Source: Bacillota bacterium (GTDB taxonomy: Bacteria; Bacillota; Clostridia; Lachnospirales; Lachnospiraceae). From it: 64,000 bases of DNA. The position numbers and the translations under genes are program-made. Below, in pieces: positions 10,844 to 22,135 of the stretch (within the stretch, counting starts at the first letter, position 1; each line of letters opens with the position of its first letter). Location: assembly GCA_023415655.1 (NCBI GenBank), contig JAEZKD010000195.1, forward strand, positions 892 through 64,891. Reading direction: 5' to 3'. The notes under the pieces were generated by a model. That model saw only the letters and a program-made list of their open reading frames with translations, was not told the DNA's origin and ran no database searches.

Positions 10844-12928
10844 CTATACTAATGAATTCACATCAAGAATCAATGCGATTTCACCATCACCAAGGATAGT
10901 TGCACCACTAATCATCTTGCTGTTATTAATGTATTTACCGATTGACTTAATTACGATTTCAAGCTGCCCGATTAAGTTGTCCACAACAAAGCCTGCCAGT
11001 TTATCACCCTTCTTAACGATAACAACTGTGAGCTCATTCACTGCTTCATCCTTCTTCGGTACATCTAGAATATGATTTAAGCGAATCAATGGAATGACAT
11101 TTCCGCGAAGATGAATCACTTCTTTTGATTGAACATATTTAATCTCTTTTACATCCACACTTTCAATCGTTTCAATACTACCTAAAGGAATAGCATATTT
11201 TTCATTACCTAATTCCACCATCAGTGCTTGAATAATTGCAAGTGTCAATGGTAAGCGAATAATGAAGTTGCTACCTTGTCCAAGTGCAGTCTTTGTTTCA
11301 ATGCTACCACCAAGTGCTTCAATCTTAGTTTTAACAACATCAAGGCCAACCCCACGGCCAGATACATCTGAAATCTTTTCTGCAGTGGAAAAGCTTGGTC
11401 TGAATAAGAGATCTACAATATCCTTATCTGACATTGATTCTGCTTGCTCTGCAGTGATGGTACCTCTTTCAATCGCTTTTCTACGCACCTTATCCACATT
11501 GATACCAGATCCATCATCACGTACTTCAATGACAACATTATTCCCCTCTTGGTAAGCATCCAAATAAATGGAACCAGCTTCTGGCTTTCCAAGACGAATA
11601 CGTTCTTCGTTACTCTCCAGACCATGATCTGCTGCATTACGTAGTAAGTGCATCAATGGATCCCCAATCTCATCGATTACGGTACGATCTAATTCGGTAT
11701 CCTCACCAGTCATGTATAATTCCATCTTCTTATTTAACTTCTTGCTAAGATCACGAATCATACGTGGGAAACGATTAACTACACTCTCAATTGGAACCAT
11801 TCGAACCTTCATAACAGATTGATGAAGATTCGTTGTGATACGTTCTAGGTATTCAATCTGCTCATTAAAGCCAGTACCGATGTCCGCCTTCGTATCCGTG
11901 CTACTCATGGATACAAGACCATTCTTAGCAATAATAAGCTCACTAACTAGATTCATTAAATCATCTAATTTTTCAATATCAACACGAACAGAACGATTTA
12001 CTACTGGCTTTGAGCTTTCCTTCTTTGCTGGTGCAGCTGCCTTAGCAGATGCTGATTTGGAAGTCAAGCTTTCCTTCTCCGTATTCTCCTTCGTATTGTT
12101 TTCAGAAACTTCTTTAATTTCTAACTGATCTCCCTTTGCTGTAATTACAGCCTGACAGATTGCAACATCTCGAATTTCAGATACATTCATGATGATATTC
12201 TTGATTTTTTCAATTGGCTCTTTTGTTAAAAGAACAATTGAGAATTCAAGTTCAAATCTTTCGTCCTCAATATCCTGAACATCTGGATCACTCTTAATAA
12301 TATCTCCATGCTCCTCTAAGGATTTAAATACTAAGAAAGCTCTAGCTGCTTTTAATATACAGGACTCTTGAATATAAACTGTAATGTTTAACGCATTTCC
12401 ACCTACCTCACGCATCTTCTCCACAGCACGTGATTCATGGTCTGCAAGTGTTAACACCTTCCCTTGCTCAATAGCTACTGCTAACACTTGAGTTGGTGCA
12501 GCTTCTACCTTTTTCTCTATGGTTGGTTCTAGACTCTCACCAAGACCATCTTTTAGAATAGCATTTAATGCTTGAATAATATCTTCGTTATCTTCGCTGC
12601 CTTCATCAGAAGTATTCATGATGCTATCAAGGTAATTTTCCAAAGCATCTAAACCTTTGAATAATACATCAACCAATACTGCCTTTACTTTCATCTTACC
12701 AGCACGAATCTCTGAGAATACATTCTCCATATCATGAGTCAATCGTTGCATTCTTTTGTAACCCATGGTACCTGCCATACCTTTTAAAGAATGGGCAGCA
12801 CGGAAAATCTCGTTGATTGTTTCCTCGTTTTCTGGTTCTTTTTCTAATACCAATAGCTGTTCATTAAGACTTTGAAGATGTTCTTTTGTTTCATCAATAA
12901 AAATTTCAAGATATTGACTAACGTCCAT
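10844..12928 (-). CDS. cheA: Chemotaxis histidine kinase CheA
   Basis: FRAAHSLKGM (HPt), RNAADHG, SGRGVGLDVV. Confidence 0.98.
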   Translation of the reverse strand: MDVSQYLEIFIDETKEHLQSLNEQLLVLEKEPENEETINEIFRAAHSLKGMAGTMGYKRMQRLTHDMENVFSEIRAGKMKVKAVLVDVLFKGLDALENYLDSIMNTSDEGSEDNEDIIQALNAILKDGLGESLEPTIEKKVEAAPTQVLAVAIEQGKVLTLADHESRAVEKMREVGGNALNITVYIQESCILKAARAFLVFKSLEEHGDIIKSDPDVQDIEDERFELEFSIVLLTKEPIEKIKNIIMNVSEIRDVAICQAVITAKGDQLEIKEVSENNTKENTEKESLTSKSASAKAAAPAKKESSKPVVNRSVRVDIEKLDDLMNLVSELIIAKNGLVSMSSTDTKADIGTGFNEQIEYLERITTNLHQSVMKVRMVPIESVVNRFPRMIRDLSKKLNKKMELYMTGEDTELDRTVIDEIGDPLMHLLRNAADHGLESNEERIRLGKPEAGSIYLDAYQEGNNVVIEVRDDGSGINVDKVRRKAIERGTITAEQAESMSDKDIVDLLFRPSFSTAEKISDVSGRGVGLDVVKTKIEALGGSIETKTALGQGSNFIIRLPLTLAIIQALMVELGNEKYAIPLGSIETIESVDVKEIKYVQSKEVIHLRGNVIPLIRLNHILDVPKKDEAVNELTVVIVKKGDKLAGFVVDNLIGQLEIVIKSIGKYINNSKMISGATILGDGEIALILDVNSLV

Positions 12929-12931
12929 AGT

Positions 12932-14059
12932 TTAGCACCCCACATTCTTTATAATTGCATTGGCAACCTCTTCGATTGGGACAACTAAATCCACTAATCC
13001 AGCTTCATTCACAACCTTAGGCATCCCATAAACCGTAGAAGATTCTGCATCCTGTGCAATTACATAAATATTGTTTTTTTCATTCAGTTGTTTAATTCCA
13101 GACGTACCATCTGCACCCATACCAGTTAATACCACGCAAGTTATATCATCAAAATCAGTCTCAACGAGTGATTCATACATGATATCTGCACAAGGCTTTA
13201 ATCCATTTCTAGCTGGCTCTACAGTGACAGAAAGACTATAACCTTCTCTTCCTTTCACTACTCTTAACTGACTTCCACCCTTCGCTATGTAAACATAACC
13301 TTTGCGAAGTAGTTCTCCATGTTCAGCTTCTTTTACTGAAAGCTTACTCATCTCATTTAAACGCTGTGCCAAGGAGTTCGTAAACCCTTCTGGCATATGT
13401 TGCACAACAATCATTGGTGCATCTAAGTCTGCTGGTAGATTAGGTATCACTTGATGTAACGCCTTTGGTCCTCCAGTGGAGCAAGCAAGTGCAATCAATT
13501 TCTTTGCTCTTTTATCCACCGTTACATGTGGTCGTTTTACGACCCTCTCAAATCTCCTTGCTATCGTACGGTCTGGCTTTTCTTCCAACCGATCACTTGA
13601 TCTCTTGGTTTCAGGAAATACCCTATTAGGACTTTCCTTCGGTGTTTCCAGAGATAAAGCAACTTCCAATACAGAAATGATTTTTTGCTTAAAGATTTCA
13701 TTCCTTGCTTCAAAGAGACTCTCTGGCTTAGTTACAAAATCAAATGCCCCCAATTCCAAACATTGAATTGTCTCTTTTGCCCCCTCTTTAGCGAGTGTGC
13801 TTACAATGATAATCTTAAGTTTTAGCTTTAATTTATTCAGTTGTTCCAACAGCTGAATACCATTCATCTTTGGCATATTTAGGTCTAAAAGAATGGCATC
13901 GTACTTAATTGGATTCAGCGTAATTAAATCATAAGCTTCCAGACCATTATGTGCGATGTCTGCAATATTAAATCTATTGTCACTATTAATTATATCAGAT
14001 ATGAGTCTTCTCATAAGTGCAGAGTCATCAACTACTAAAATATTTTTTTTCATGTTCAC
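12932..14059 (-). CDS. cheB: Chemotaxis methylesterase CheB
   Basis: Receiver domain plus STGGP, VQHMP, LTGMGADG. Confidence 0.97.
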   Translation of the reverse strand: MNMKKNILVVDDSALMRRLISDIINSDNRFNIADIAHNGLEAYDLITLNPIKYDAILLDLNMPKMNGIQLLEQLNKLKLKLKIIIVSTLAKEGAKETIQCLELGAFDFVTKPESLFEARNEIFKQKIISVLEVALSLETPKESPNRVFPETKRSSDRLEEKPDRTIARRFERVVKRPHVTVDKRAKKLIALACSTGGPKALHQVIPNLPADLDAPMIVVQHMPEGFTNSLAQRLNEMSKLSVKEAEHGELLRKGYVYIAKGGSQLRVVKGREGYSLSVTVEPARNGLKPCADIMYESLVETDFDDITCVVLTGMGADGTSGIKQLNEKNNIYVIAQDAESSTVYGMPKVVNEAGLVDLVVPIEEVANAIIKNVGC

Positions 14060-14084
14060 TCCTATCTCTAAACCATATAGTTAA

Positions 14085-14798
14085 TTAGTCTAGACCTTTT
14101 TCTTTCCGTCTTCGTCGCCTTTCTTCATCAAAAATAAAACGAACTATATTTTCTCGTTCGCTTTCATTGATATCCATAAACTCGATGCGATGTTCGTACA
14201 GCTTTTTTCTGTTTGGGATTTCGGATGAATAGACCACTTTTCCTAGTAGCTCAAATAAAGTGATGCCCTTTGATAATTCCAAGTGAAAGGACAGTAATAA
14301 TGTTGTATCTTTTGGAATTAATTCATTGCTATTGAATTTACAGCCACCACCACTAATGTCAATCATCGTTGCTGTTTCAAAGGTTTGATCCTGCATAGTA
14401 ATCATTGATGTCTCTTCATGCTCATTACTGTTATCTATCCGATAACGAATCTCTTTTAGGTAAGTTAACCGATAATATTGTCTGCGTTGAAACTTTTCAA
14501 GCTCTGATTTCATTTCAACCACAGCAATATAAATATTATCAATTTTATAACGGTCAGTTACTTCACACAGACACTGATACAGTCCCAATTTTGTATAATA
14601 ACAGATACGGTATTTTTCACCAATGCTAAACGGAATGATTTTTCCATTTTCAATTGGCATAGCAATACACGCCTCATTTAGCCCTTTAAAATCAAGCAAT
14701 TGACTCAAATATCGTCTTGAATATTTGGGTTCCTTTTCTTTATTGCTGTATCTATAAAGCTCTATTTTATCTCCAACTGATACAATATCTTGTAACAT
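14085..14798 (-). CDS. YcgR/PilZ flagellar brake-like c-di-GMP effector
   Basis: QRRQYYR and DISGGG PilZ motifs. Confidence 0.9.
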   Translation of the reverse strand: MLQDIVSVGDKIELYRYSNKEKEPKYSRRYLSQLLDFKGLNEACIAMPIENGKIIPFSIGEKYRICYYTKLGLYQCLCEVTDRYKIDNIYIAVVEMKSELEKFQRRQYYRLTYLKEIRYRIDNSNEHEETSMITMQDQTFETATMIDISGGGCKFNSNELIPKDTTLLLSFHLELSKGITLFELLGKVVYSSEIPNRKKLYEHRIEFMDINESERENIVRFIFDEERRRRRKEKGLD

Positions 14799-14816
14799 AA
14801 TATTCTCCCATATGTG

Positions 14817-15710
14817 CTATAGTTTCCTTCGGTTGACAAGGTTTCCTTTGATCAAATCAGTAAATAGTCTAGCAATACCTCTTTTATCTTTTGCTATTTG
14901 AGTTTCATAATCACAAAGTTTCGCCACCAATTGCTCAAGCGCCTTTGCTGCTGGAGAATTCGGATAAGAGATTGCGACTGGTTTCTGAACCATAATTGCT
15001 TGAGACATCATCTTATCTTGTGGAATTCCTCCCAGATATTCAAAATCAATATCCAAGAATTTGTTCACGACAAGACTTAGTTTAGTATACATCTCATATC
15101 CCTCCTTCTCAGAAGCAATACGATTACTTATCATTCTCAGTTTCGTAGATGCACTGGAAAAATCAGCCGTACGATGAAGTGCTTTTAATAAAGCATACAC
15201 ATCGGTAATCGAAGTTGGTTCTGGAGTTGCTACTAAAAGCACCTCTGAGCTTTTGGTAACAAACTCGAGAACAGAATCAGAGATACCTGCTCCTGTATCA
15301 ATAATGATAATGTCTGCCATTTCATCTAGCTGAACAAGCTTCTGAATCAAATAGATAATTTGTTCTCTCGATAAACGTGTCAACTCCTGAATACCAGATC
15401 CGCCGGAGATGAATCCTATATTTTCAGGACCTTTCGTTACGATATCTTGCAGTTCTTTCCCACGAAACATCAAATCCGCTAGGTTATATTGTGGACGAAT
15501 ACCAAGCATAACTTCGATATTGGCTAGACCAAAGTCGGCATCAAAGATAATAACTCTTTTTCCTAATCGGCTCAGCATGATAGCTAGATTAACCGAAGTA
15601 CTCGATTTCCCTACTCCACCCTTTCCACTAGTCACAGTAATGACACGCGCGTTTTGAACCGGTACATTACCCTGATTCACTAATTTTCTTAATTGATCTG
15701 CTTGATCCAT
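14817..15710 (-). CDS. flhG: MinD-like flagellar number regulator FlhG
   Basis: MDQADQLR, SGKGGVGKS, DADFGLAN. Confidence 0.93.
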   Translation of the reverse strand: MDQADQLRKLVNQGNVPVQNARVITVTSGKGGVGKSSTSVNLAIMLSRLGKRVIIFDADFGLANIEVMLGIRPQYNLADLMFRGKELQDIVTKGPENIGFISGGSGIQELTRLSREQIIYLIQKLVQLDEMADIIIIDTGAGISDSVLEFVTKSSEVLLVATPEPTSITDVYALLKALHRTADFSSASTKLRMISNRIASEKEGYEMYTKLSLVVNKFLDIDFEYLGGIPQDKMMSQAIMVQKPVAISYPNSPAAKALEQLVAKLCDYETQIAKDKRGIARLFTDLIKGNLVNRRKL

Positions 15711-16949
15711 TTATTCGTTGCCTCCCAATAGTTGTCTTGCAATATTCTGCGCATTTACCATCGAGATATCATCTGGTACGTTTTGTCCGAAAGTAGCATA
15801 TGACAACTCTGCATTTGTTAGCATCTTTACATTATAGATGTTTCCGATGCTAGTTGTTTCATCCAATTTTGTAAAAATGATTCGGTAGCCTGTGATATCT
15901 GAATAAGCTTCCGTAATTCGTACCAAATCCCTGTATTTTGTAGTAGCACTTAACACAAGATAAACTTCGCGATTTTCTTTTGGTATTGAATTGATCAATT
16001 GTTCGATATCATCGCGCTGTTCTCTACATTTATGAGAACGACCAGCTGTGTCAACAAAAACAAGGTCATAATCTTTATAATCTTCCTTCGCATCCGCCAT
16101 TTCAGCTTCAGAATAAATCACTCGAAGTGGTATGTCTAATATATTTGCATAGGTTCGAAGCTGTTCAACTGCAGCAATTCGATACGTATCCGAAGTAATC
16201 AAAGCAACCTTTCCCTTTTTCCCAACTTTAAAACTAGATGCAATTTTTGCAATCGTTGTTGTTTTACCAACACCGGTTGGACCAATAAAAAATACGAATT
16301 TTGTTTCGCCTTCTTTTACTTGAATTTCTTTTGGTTGACCTAATTTGAGGATAATTTTTTGATAAAAGCTTGCTAAAATAACATCAATGCTTGCATCCTT
16401 CTTTAAGGTAGGCTCTATCTCTGAGATTACTTGATTCGCATACTTTTCGTCTACTTCATTCGCAAGTAATTGATTGTAAATCAATCGAACACAAGAAAGT
16501 GTCTTAGATTGCTGTTCTGATTTTTCTATTTCTTTGAACACTTCCTTATCTTTTGATTTATCTTCTTCCTTTTGCTCAACTGACTTTGAGTTCTTCATCA
16601 ATTGCTCTTCTAACATGGATTGTAAATTATTCAGACGCTCCTCTAATACTTTTGCGTCTGTGTTTTCCGTAATCCGATGTCTGGATACTGTGTCTTGTTG
16701 AGAAATCATCTGAGCAAAGCTTGGTTCTGATTTATTTTCAGTTTCGGTTCCCTGTGATGATTTCTCATGCTTGGAAGGAATATCGTCAACCGCAGCTGTT
16801 ACTTCAACCATAGCATTTCGAAATAGACGAAAAATCCCTTTTGGCGATATCGTTTTGATATTCATCACAATCGCATCTTTCCCTAAATCTCCCTTGGCTA
16901 AAAGAATAGCCTCGGTTTCTGTCTCTGCTTGAAATTTCTTAATAATCAT
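15711..16949 (-). CDS. flhF: Flagellar SRP-type GTPase FlhF
   Basis: GPTGVGKTTTIAK, DTAGR, TKLDE. Confidence 0.96.
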   Translation of the reverse strand: MIIKKFQAETETEAILLAKGDLGKDAIVMNIKTISPKGIFRLFRNAMVEVTAAVDDIPSKHEKSSQGTETENKSEPSFAQMISQQDTVSRHRITENTDAKVLEERLNNLQSMLEEQLMKNSKSVEQKEEDKSKDKEVFKEIEKSEQQSKTLSCVRLIYNQLLANEVDEKYANQVISEIEPTLKKDASIDVILASFYQKIILKLGQPKEIQVKEGETKFVFFIGPTGVGKTTTIAKIASSFKVGKKGKVALITSDTYRIAAVEQLRTYANILDIPLRVIYSEAEMADAKEDYKDYDLVFVDTAGRSHKCREQRDDIEQLINSIPKENREVYLVLSATTKYRDLVRITEAYSDITGYRIIFTKLDETTSIGNIYNVKMLTNAELSYATFGQNVPDDISMVNAQNIARQLLGGNE

Positions 16950-18985
16950 TATGCCGTCACCATCCCTACTGACTGTAATTCCACATTCGAATCGATTTCA
17001 TTATATGAGATTACAATCAAATCCTTATAGTAATCTCTCGTCACCTTTTTAAAGTACATACGCACAATTGGTGATGTGATGATAATTGGATTTTTCCCTA
17101 AATTTTCTAACTTTTCAACTTCATCCTTAACGGATTTCATAATTGCCTGTGTCTTCTCTGGATCAAGCGATAGATAAGCACCCTGTTCCGTCTGCTTTAC
17201 ACTTGACATGATTTCCTGTTCGATTTTAGGATCCAGTGTTACGACGGAGGTTGTTTCATTTGGTGCAAAGTATCGATTTGAGATTGCACGTTTTAAGCTT
17301 TGACGCACATACTCGGTTAACACATCCGTGTCTCGTGTCGTAGAAGCATAATCCGCAAGTGTTTCAAAGATGGTAATTAAATCTCGTATCGAGATTCCTT
17401 CTCTTAATAAGTTTTGTAATACTTTTTGAATTTCACCAACACCAAGTAACTTTGGAACCAATTCGTTGATCAATGCTTGATTTGCTTCTTGGATATTGTT
17501 GATCAAATTCTGTACATCTTGACGTGATAATAACTCATCTAGGTGACTTCGAATCACTTCCGTTAAGTGAGTTGCAATGATGGAAGGTGGATCCACAACC
17601 GTATATCCAAAGGATTCCGCACGTTCTCTTTGATTCTCTGTAATCCACAGTGCTGGAAGATGAAAGGACGGTTCAAAGGTTGGAATACCAGTAATCTCTT
17701 CTTCCACATAACCAGGATTCATAGCCATATAATGATCAAATAGAATCTCACCTTCACTCACTGGAATTCCCTTTATCTTAATTACATATTGATTTGGATT
17801 TAACTGAATGTTATCACGTAGACGGATTGTAGGTACAACACAACCAAATTCCAAAGCTATCTGACGTCGAATTAAGACAACTCGGTCTAGTAAGTCTCCA
17901 CCCTGATTTACGTCTGCTAATGGAATAATACCATAGCCAAATTCAAGTTCAATCTGATCTACCTGTAATAAGGAAACCACGTTCTCTGGTCGACGAATTT
18001 CTTCTGCCGCTGAAGTCTCATCGGAAGCAACTTCGTCCTCAATCTTTTGAATTTCTATCTTCTTAGCAATCATACGACCACATAAAAGCATTACAATACC
18101 ATAACCTGTGAAGATGATAAAAGGAAGTGGGGTGATTGTACCAAGTAAAATCATCGCTCCACCTACCATATATAAAACCTTTGGTATCGAGAATAACTGT
18201 TTGACTAACAGATCTCCCATATCTGCTTCCTTGGAAACCTTCGTTACCACAATACCAGTAGATAAGGAAATCATTAAGGATGGAATCTGTGATACAAGAC
18301 CATCACCAATCGCTAAGATTGCAAATTGGTTAAAAGCTGCACCTGCACTTAACCCCATTCTTGTCATACCAAGAACAAGTCCACCTGCTAAGTTAACTAC
18401 TGTAATGATCAAACCAGCAATCGCATCTCCCTTTACGTACTTTGTAGCACCATCCATGGCACCAAAGAAGTTACTTTCTTCTTGTATCTTTTCACGTCGT
18501 TCTCTTGCCTGAGCATCGGTAATTGCACCTGTATTCAAATCCGCATCGATAGCCATCTGTTTACCAGGCATAGCATCGAGTGTAAATCTAGCAGTAACTT
18601 CAGATACACGTTCGGAACCTTTATTGATTACCATGAACTGTACAATCAATAAAATAACAAATACAATGACACCAATAACGATATCACCACCACCAACGAA
18701 CTGTCCAAACTGTTCAATGACTACACCAGCATTTCCATCTTTTAAGATCAACTTTGTGGAGGATACATTCAAAGAGATACGAAACACTGTCGTAAATAAC
18801 AGAATTGTCGGGAAGGTGGACATATTCAACACTTCTTGACTAAACAATGCATTGAATAAGATGATCATCGATATGGATATATTTAATGCCAATAAGAAAT
18901 CGAGTAAAAAGGATGGCATTGGAATGATTAAGAAAATAATGGCCGATATCAAATAAATTCCAATTGCAAAATCGGATTTCTTCAT
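16949..18985 (-). CDS. flhA: Flagellar export protein FlhA
   Basis: RFTLDAMPGKQMAIDADL. Confidence 0.98.
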   Translation of the reverse strand: MKKSDFAIGIYLISAIIFLIIPMPSFLLDFLLALNISISMIILFNALFSQEVLNMSTFPTILLFTTVFRISLNVSSTKLILKDGNAGVVIEQFGQFVGGGDIVIGVIVFVILLIVQFMVINKGSERVSEVTARFTLDAMPGKQMAIDADLNTGAITDAQARERREKIQEESNFFGAMDGATKYVKGDAIAGLIITVVNLAGGLVLGMTRMGLSAGAAFNQFAILAIGDGLVSQIPSLMISLSTGIVVTKVSKEADMGDLLVKQLFSIPKVLYMVGGAMILLGTITPLPFIIFTGYGIVMLLCGRMIAKKIEIQKIEDEVASDETSAAEEIRRPENVVSLLQVDQIELEFGYGIIPLADVNQGGDLLDRVVLIRRQIALEFGCVVPTIRLRDNIQLNPNQYVIKIKGIPVSEGEILFDHYMAMNPGYVEEEITGIPTFEPSFHLPALWITENQRERAESFGYTVVDPPSIIATHLTEVIRSHLDELLSRQDVQNLINNIQEANQALINELVPKLLGVGEIQKVLQNLLREGISIRDLITIFETLADYASTTRDTDVLTEYVRQSLKRAISNRYFAPNETTSVVTLDPKIEQEIMSSVKQTEQGAYLSLDPEKTQAIMKSVKDEVEKLENLGKNPIIITSPIVRMYFKKVTRDYYKDLIVISYNEIDSNVELQSVGMVTA

Positions 18986-19007
18986 CTTATATGCCTCCCT
19001 TCGTTAT

Positions 19008-20141
19008 TTATGAATGTTTTAAACCATAGACGTAAGCAAGAACCTCAGCTGCCATCTGGTAAAGCTCTCTTGGAATTTCCTTTTCCAGATCTACGTTGTA
19101 ATAAAGCATACGCGCCAATGGTTTGTTCTCTACAATCGGAATTTTATTATCCTTTGCTATCTCTTTGATTTTAGCTGCTAGATAATCTGCACCTTTTGCA
19201 ACTAAGATTGGTGCCTCCGCTGTTTCTTTATCGTATTTGAGCGCACATGCAAAATGCGTTGGGTTTGTGATTACAACATCTGCTTCAGGCAATCGCTGCA
19301 TCATTCGATTCATTGAGGCTTGACGCATCTTCTGTCGAATTTTACCCTTTATCTGAGGATTTCCTTCGGATTGCTTGAATTCATCCTTAATTTCTTGTTT
19401 CGTCATTCGCATGTCTTTTTTAAACTTTATTTTTTGATAGATCAAGTCGGCAAGACCGATTACTAGGAATAATGCACTAATCTTGATTCCAAGATTAATT
19501 ACAATCCCTCCAATCATAATTACAACCGTATACAAATCTCCGATCTCATATAAGAGATAAAGCTGATTCACTTGATCTTTAAACTCATTATAAACAATAA
19601 CAAAAATTACGATTATTTTTAGTATTGATTTAATCAACTCCATGAGCTTATCCAGAGAGAAGATTCTCTTAAATCCACTGATTGGATTAATCTTATTGAA
19701 CTTTGGTGTGAGTGGTTTTCCTGTCACTTTCCATTTTACTTGAAAGTAATTGACAACAAAAGCGACTACAACCCCTACTACCAAGACAGGTAAGCAGATG
19801 ATTAGGATATTGACACCTAAGTCACTCAATAATTCACTTCCTGTTTTAATCGTAAACTCTTCTTTCGCAACCGTACTTATCATATGATAGGTGGTTTGAA
19901 AGTTCTCTATAAAATTCGTTCCAATCGTAGCTACAAAAGCCTTTAGTACTAGAAATAATGCCAACAAACCACTAGCCGTAATCAAATCCTGACTTCGTGC
20001 AACCTGGCCTTCCTTTCTTGCATCTTGTAATTTTTTGCTTGTAGCTTCTTCTGTTTTTTCTCCACCAGGCCCCTCTTTGGCAAAGAACTGAAGATTAAAA
20101 TCAAACAGATATACCTGTGTAAGTTTTATGTTTTCTTGCAC
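19008..20141 (-). CDS. flhB: Flagellar export protein FlhB
   Basis: EKTEEAT, NPTH autocleavage motif. Confidence 0.97.
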   Translation of the reverse strand: MQENIKLTQVYLFDFNLQFFAKEGPGGEKTEEATSKKLQDARKEGQVARSQDLITASGLLALFLVLKAFVATIGTNFIENFQTTYHMISTVAKEEFTIKTGSELLSDLGVNILIICLPVLVVGVVVAFVVNYFQVKWKVTGKPLTPKFNKINPISGFKRIFSLDKLMELIKSILKIIVIFVIVYNEFKDQVNQLYLLYEIGDLYTVVIMIGGIVINLGIKISALFLVIGLADLIYQKIKFKKDMRMTKQEIKDEFKQSEGNPQIKGKIRQKMRQASMNRMMQRLPEADVVITNPTHFACALKYDKETAEAPILVAKGADYLAAKIKEIAKDNKIPIVENKPLARMLYYNVDLEKEIPRELYQMAAEVLAYVYGLKHS

Positions 20142-20146
20142 GTTTT

Positions 20147-20917
20147 CTACCCCTTTAGATAAGCGATTGCTGTCCTTAACATGTCCATCATTTCCGTAAA
20201 GATAAAATCAGTCACCATTGGAATCATGGTAATCATAAATAATAGAACCAAAAGACCAACAAATACCTTAAGCTGTAAACCAATAACAAACATATTCATT
20301 TGAGGGGCAACCTTTGCTAAGATTGCAAGTACTGTATTTACAATTAGCAATGCTGCAAACATCGGCAACACAATTCGAAATCCAATGATAAAATAATCAA
20401 TGATAAAGTTTAACATCGCTTGATAGATACTTACATTGATTACAACCTCCCCTACAGGTATCACCTGATACGAATCCACCAATGCTCTTAGTATAAAATG
20501 ATGTAGATTCATGACAAGCATCATTAACATCACCGCATATTGATATAAATTGGATGTAATTGTAACCTGAGTACTCGAAATAGGATCAAACTCCTGAACC
20601 ATAGAAAATCCCATTTCCATATCAATGAGTGAACCCGCAAAGGTAAGAATTTGCGCACAGATATTAGCAAATAACCCCATGACCAAGCCTGCAATTACTT
20701 CTTTGATCACAATACTAGCAAATCCTATGACTCCGACATAAGTAAGAGGCTCATAAGGAAGTATTTGAAATATGATAAACGCTAATGCAACCGATAGACC
20801 TACCTTCACTTTTTGTGGTACGCTTCTTAAACTAAAGAAGGGAGCTACATAGATAAACCCTGTAATCCTCACAAGAATACACATAAAAAACACAATTTGT
20901 TCCAGTGCCAATTCCAT
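20147..20917 (-). CDS. fliR: Flagellar export protein FliR
   Basis: APQMNMFVIG; multi-TM; gene order. Confidence 0.95.
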   Translation of the reverse strand: MELALEQIVFFMCILVRITGFIYVAPFFSLRSVPQKVKVGLSVALAFIIFQILPYEPLTYVGVIGFASIVIKEVIAGLVMGLFANICAQILTFAGSLIDMEMGFSMVQEFDPISSTQVTITSNLYQYAVMLMMLVMNLHHFILRALVDSYQVIPVGEVVINVSIYQAMLNFIIDYFIIGFRIVLPMFAALLIVNTVLAILAKVAPQMNMFVIGLQLKVFVGLLVLLFMITMIPMVTDFIFTEMMDMLRTAIAYLKG

Positions 20918-20922
20918 CGATT

Positions 20923-21195
20923 CTATCCTTGTATGAAGTAACGGAAATTATCTGTAAGGTACTCAAAATATTCTACAACATTCCTCATAATCCAGTTACC
21001 AAACAGCATAATAATGACAAATACTCCAATCAATTTTGGAACAAATGTGAGGGTTTGTTCTTGAATGGAAGTAACCGTTTGTAAAACACTGACAACAAGC
21101 CCAATGACAAGAGAGGTAATCAGCATTGGTGCAGAGACTTTAATAATCAACCATAATGTCTCTTTGAACAATTCCACCAGCATATTTTCATTCAT
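20923..21195 (-). CDS. fliQ: Flagellar export protein FliQ
   Basis: QEQTLTFVPK. Confidence 0.97.
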   Translation of the reverse strand: MNENMLVELFKETLWLIIKVSAPMLITSLVIGLVVSVLQTVTSIQEQTLTFVPKLIGVFVIIMLFGNWIMRNVVEYFEYLTDNFRYFIQG

Positions 21196-21283
21196 GTGAT
21201 TTTCCTCCTAACTAAAAATATACTTAAAGACTGAATGTCTATTATTAACTACTTTAACATACTTTTTCGTTGGTTAACGGTTG

Positions 21284-22129
21284 TCAGTAGAACGTTTTTA
21301 CAACCTCACCAATAATCAGGTTCCAACCGTCTGCCATAATAAATAATAGAATCTTAAATGGCATAGAAATCGTAGTAGGAGGTAACATCATCATACCCAT
21401 TGACATCAAGGTCGAAGCTACCACCATATCGATTACGATAAATGGTAGATAAATCAAGAAGCCAATGATAAATGCTGATCGAAGTTCACTTAAAATAAAT
21501 GCGGGAATCAACACTGTGGTTGGTACATCATTTCTTGAATTTACTTCATCTACCCCTGCTATATCAAGAAATAATGTTAAATCCTTTTCATTCGTTTGAT
21601 CAAACATAAAATCTCTGATTGGTTCCAAGCCCCTCTCAAAAGCTTGCTCTTGAGTGATCTCTCCAGCATTCATAGGCTGTATGGCTTGTGAATTCACCTT
21701 TAAAAAGATTGGTGACATAATAAATAAAGTTAAAAACAACGCCAAACCAACCAAAATCTGATTGGGAGGTGTTGTCTGTAAACCCAGAGCCGATCTCGTA
21801 AAATGCAATACAATTACGATACGAATAAAAGAGGTCAGCATAATCAGGATCGAAGGCGCCAAGGAAATTACAGTCAATAGTAATAAAATCTGAAGCGTTG
21901 CAGATAAAGATCCGGTTCCTTCTCCTGAATTAAAATAAAATTGTAAATTCTCGTTTTCTCCATCTAAACTCACACCAGGTGTTGGTGTTACCGTTACTGT
22001 AGGAGTTGTAGTCTCTGTTGCATAAACCTTTTTTGGCGTAACACAAAGAAAGGTTAATATAAATGCTATCAGAAATAAAAGCTTCAGACTACTATGCTTT
22101 TTTCGTTCATGCTTCACAATAGCTACCAT
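21284..22129 (-). CDS. fliP: Flagellar export protein FliP
   Basis: LMSMGMMMLPP, TPPNQIL. Confidence 0.97.
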   Translation of the reverse strand: MVAIVKHERKKHSSLKLLFLIAFILTFLCVTPKKVYATETTTPTVTVTPTPGVSLDGENENLQFYFNSGEGTGSLSATLQILLLLTVISLAPSILIMLTSFIRIVIVLHFTRSALGLQTTPPNQILVGLALFLTLFIMSPIFLKVNSQAIQPMNAGEITQEQAFERGLEPIRDFMFDQTNEKDLTLFLDIAGVDEVNSRNDVPTTVLIPAFILSELRSAFIIGFLIYLPFIVIDMVVASTLMSMGMMMLPPTTISMPFKILLFIMADGWNLIIGEVVKTFY

Positions 22130-22135
22130 AATATA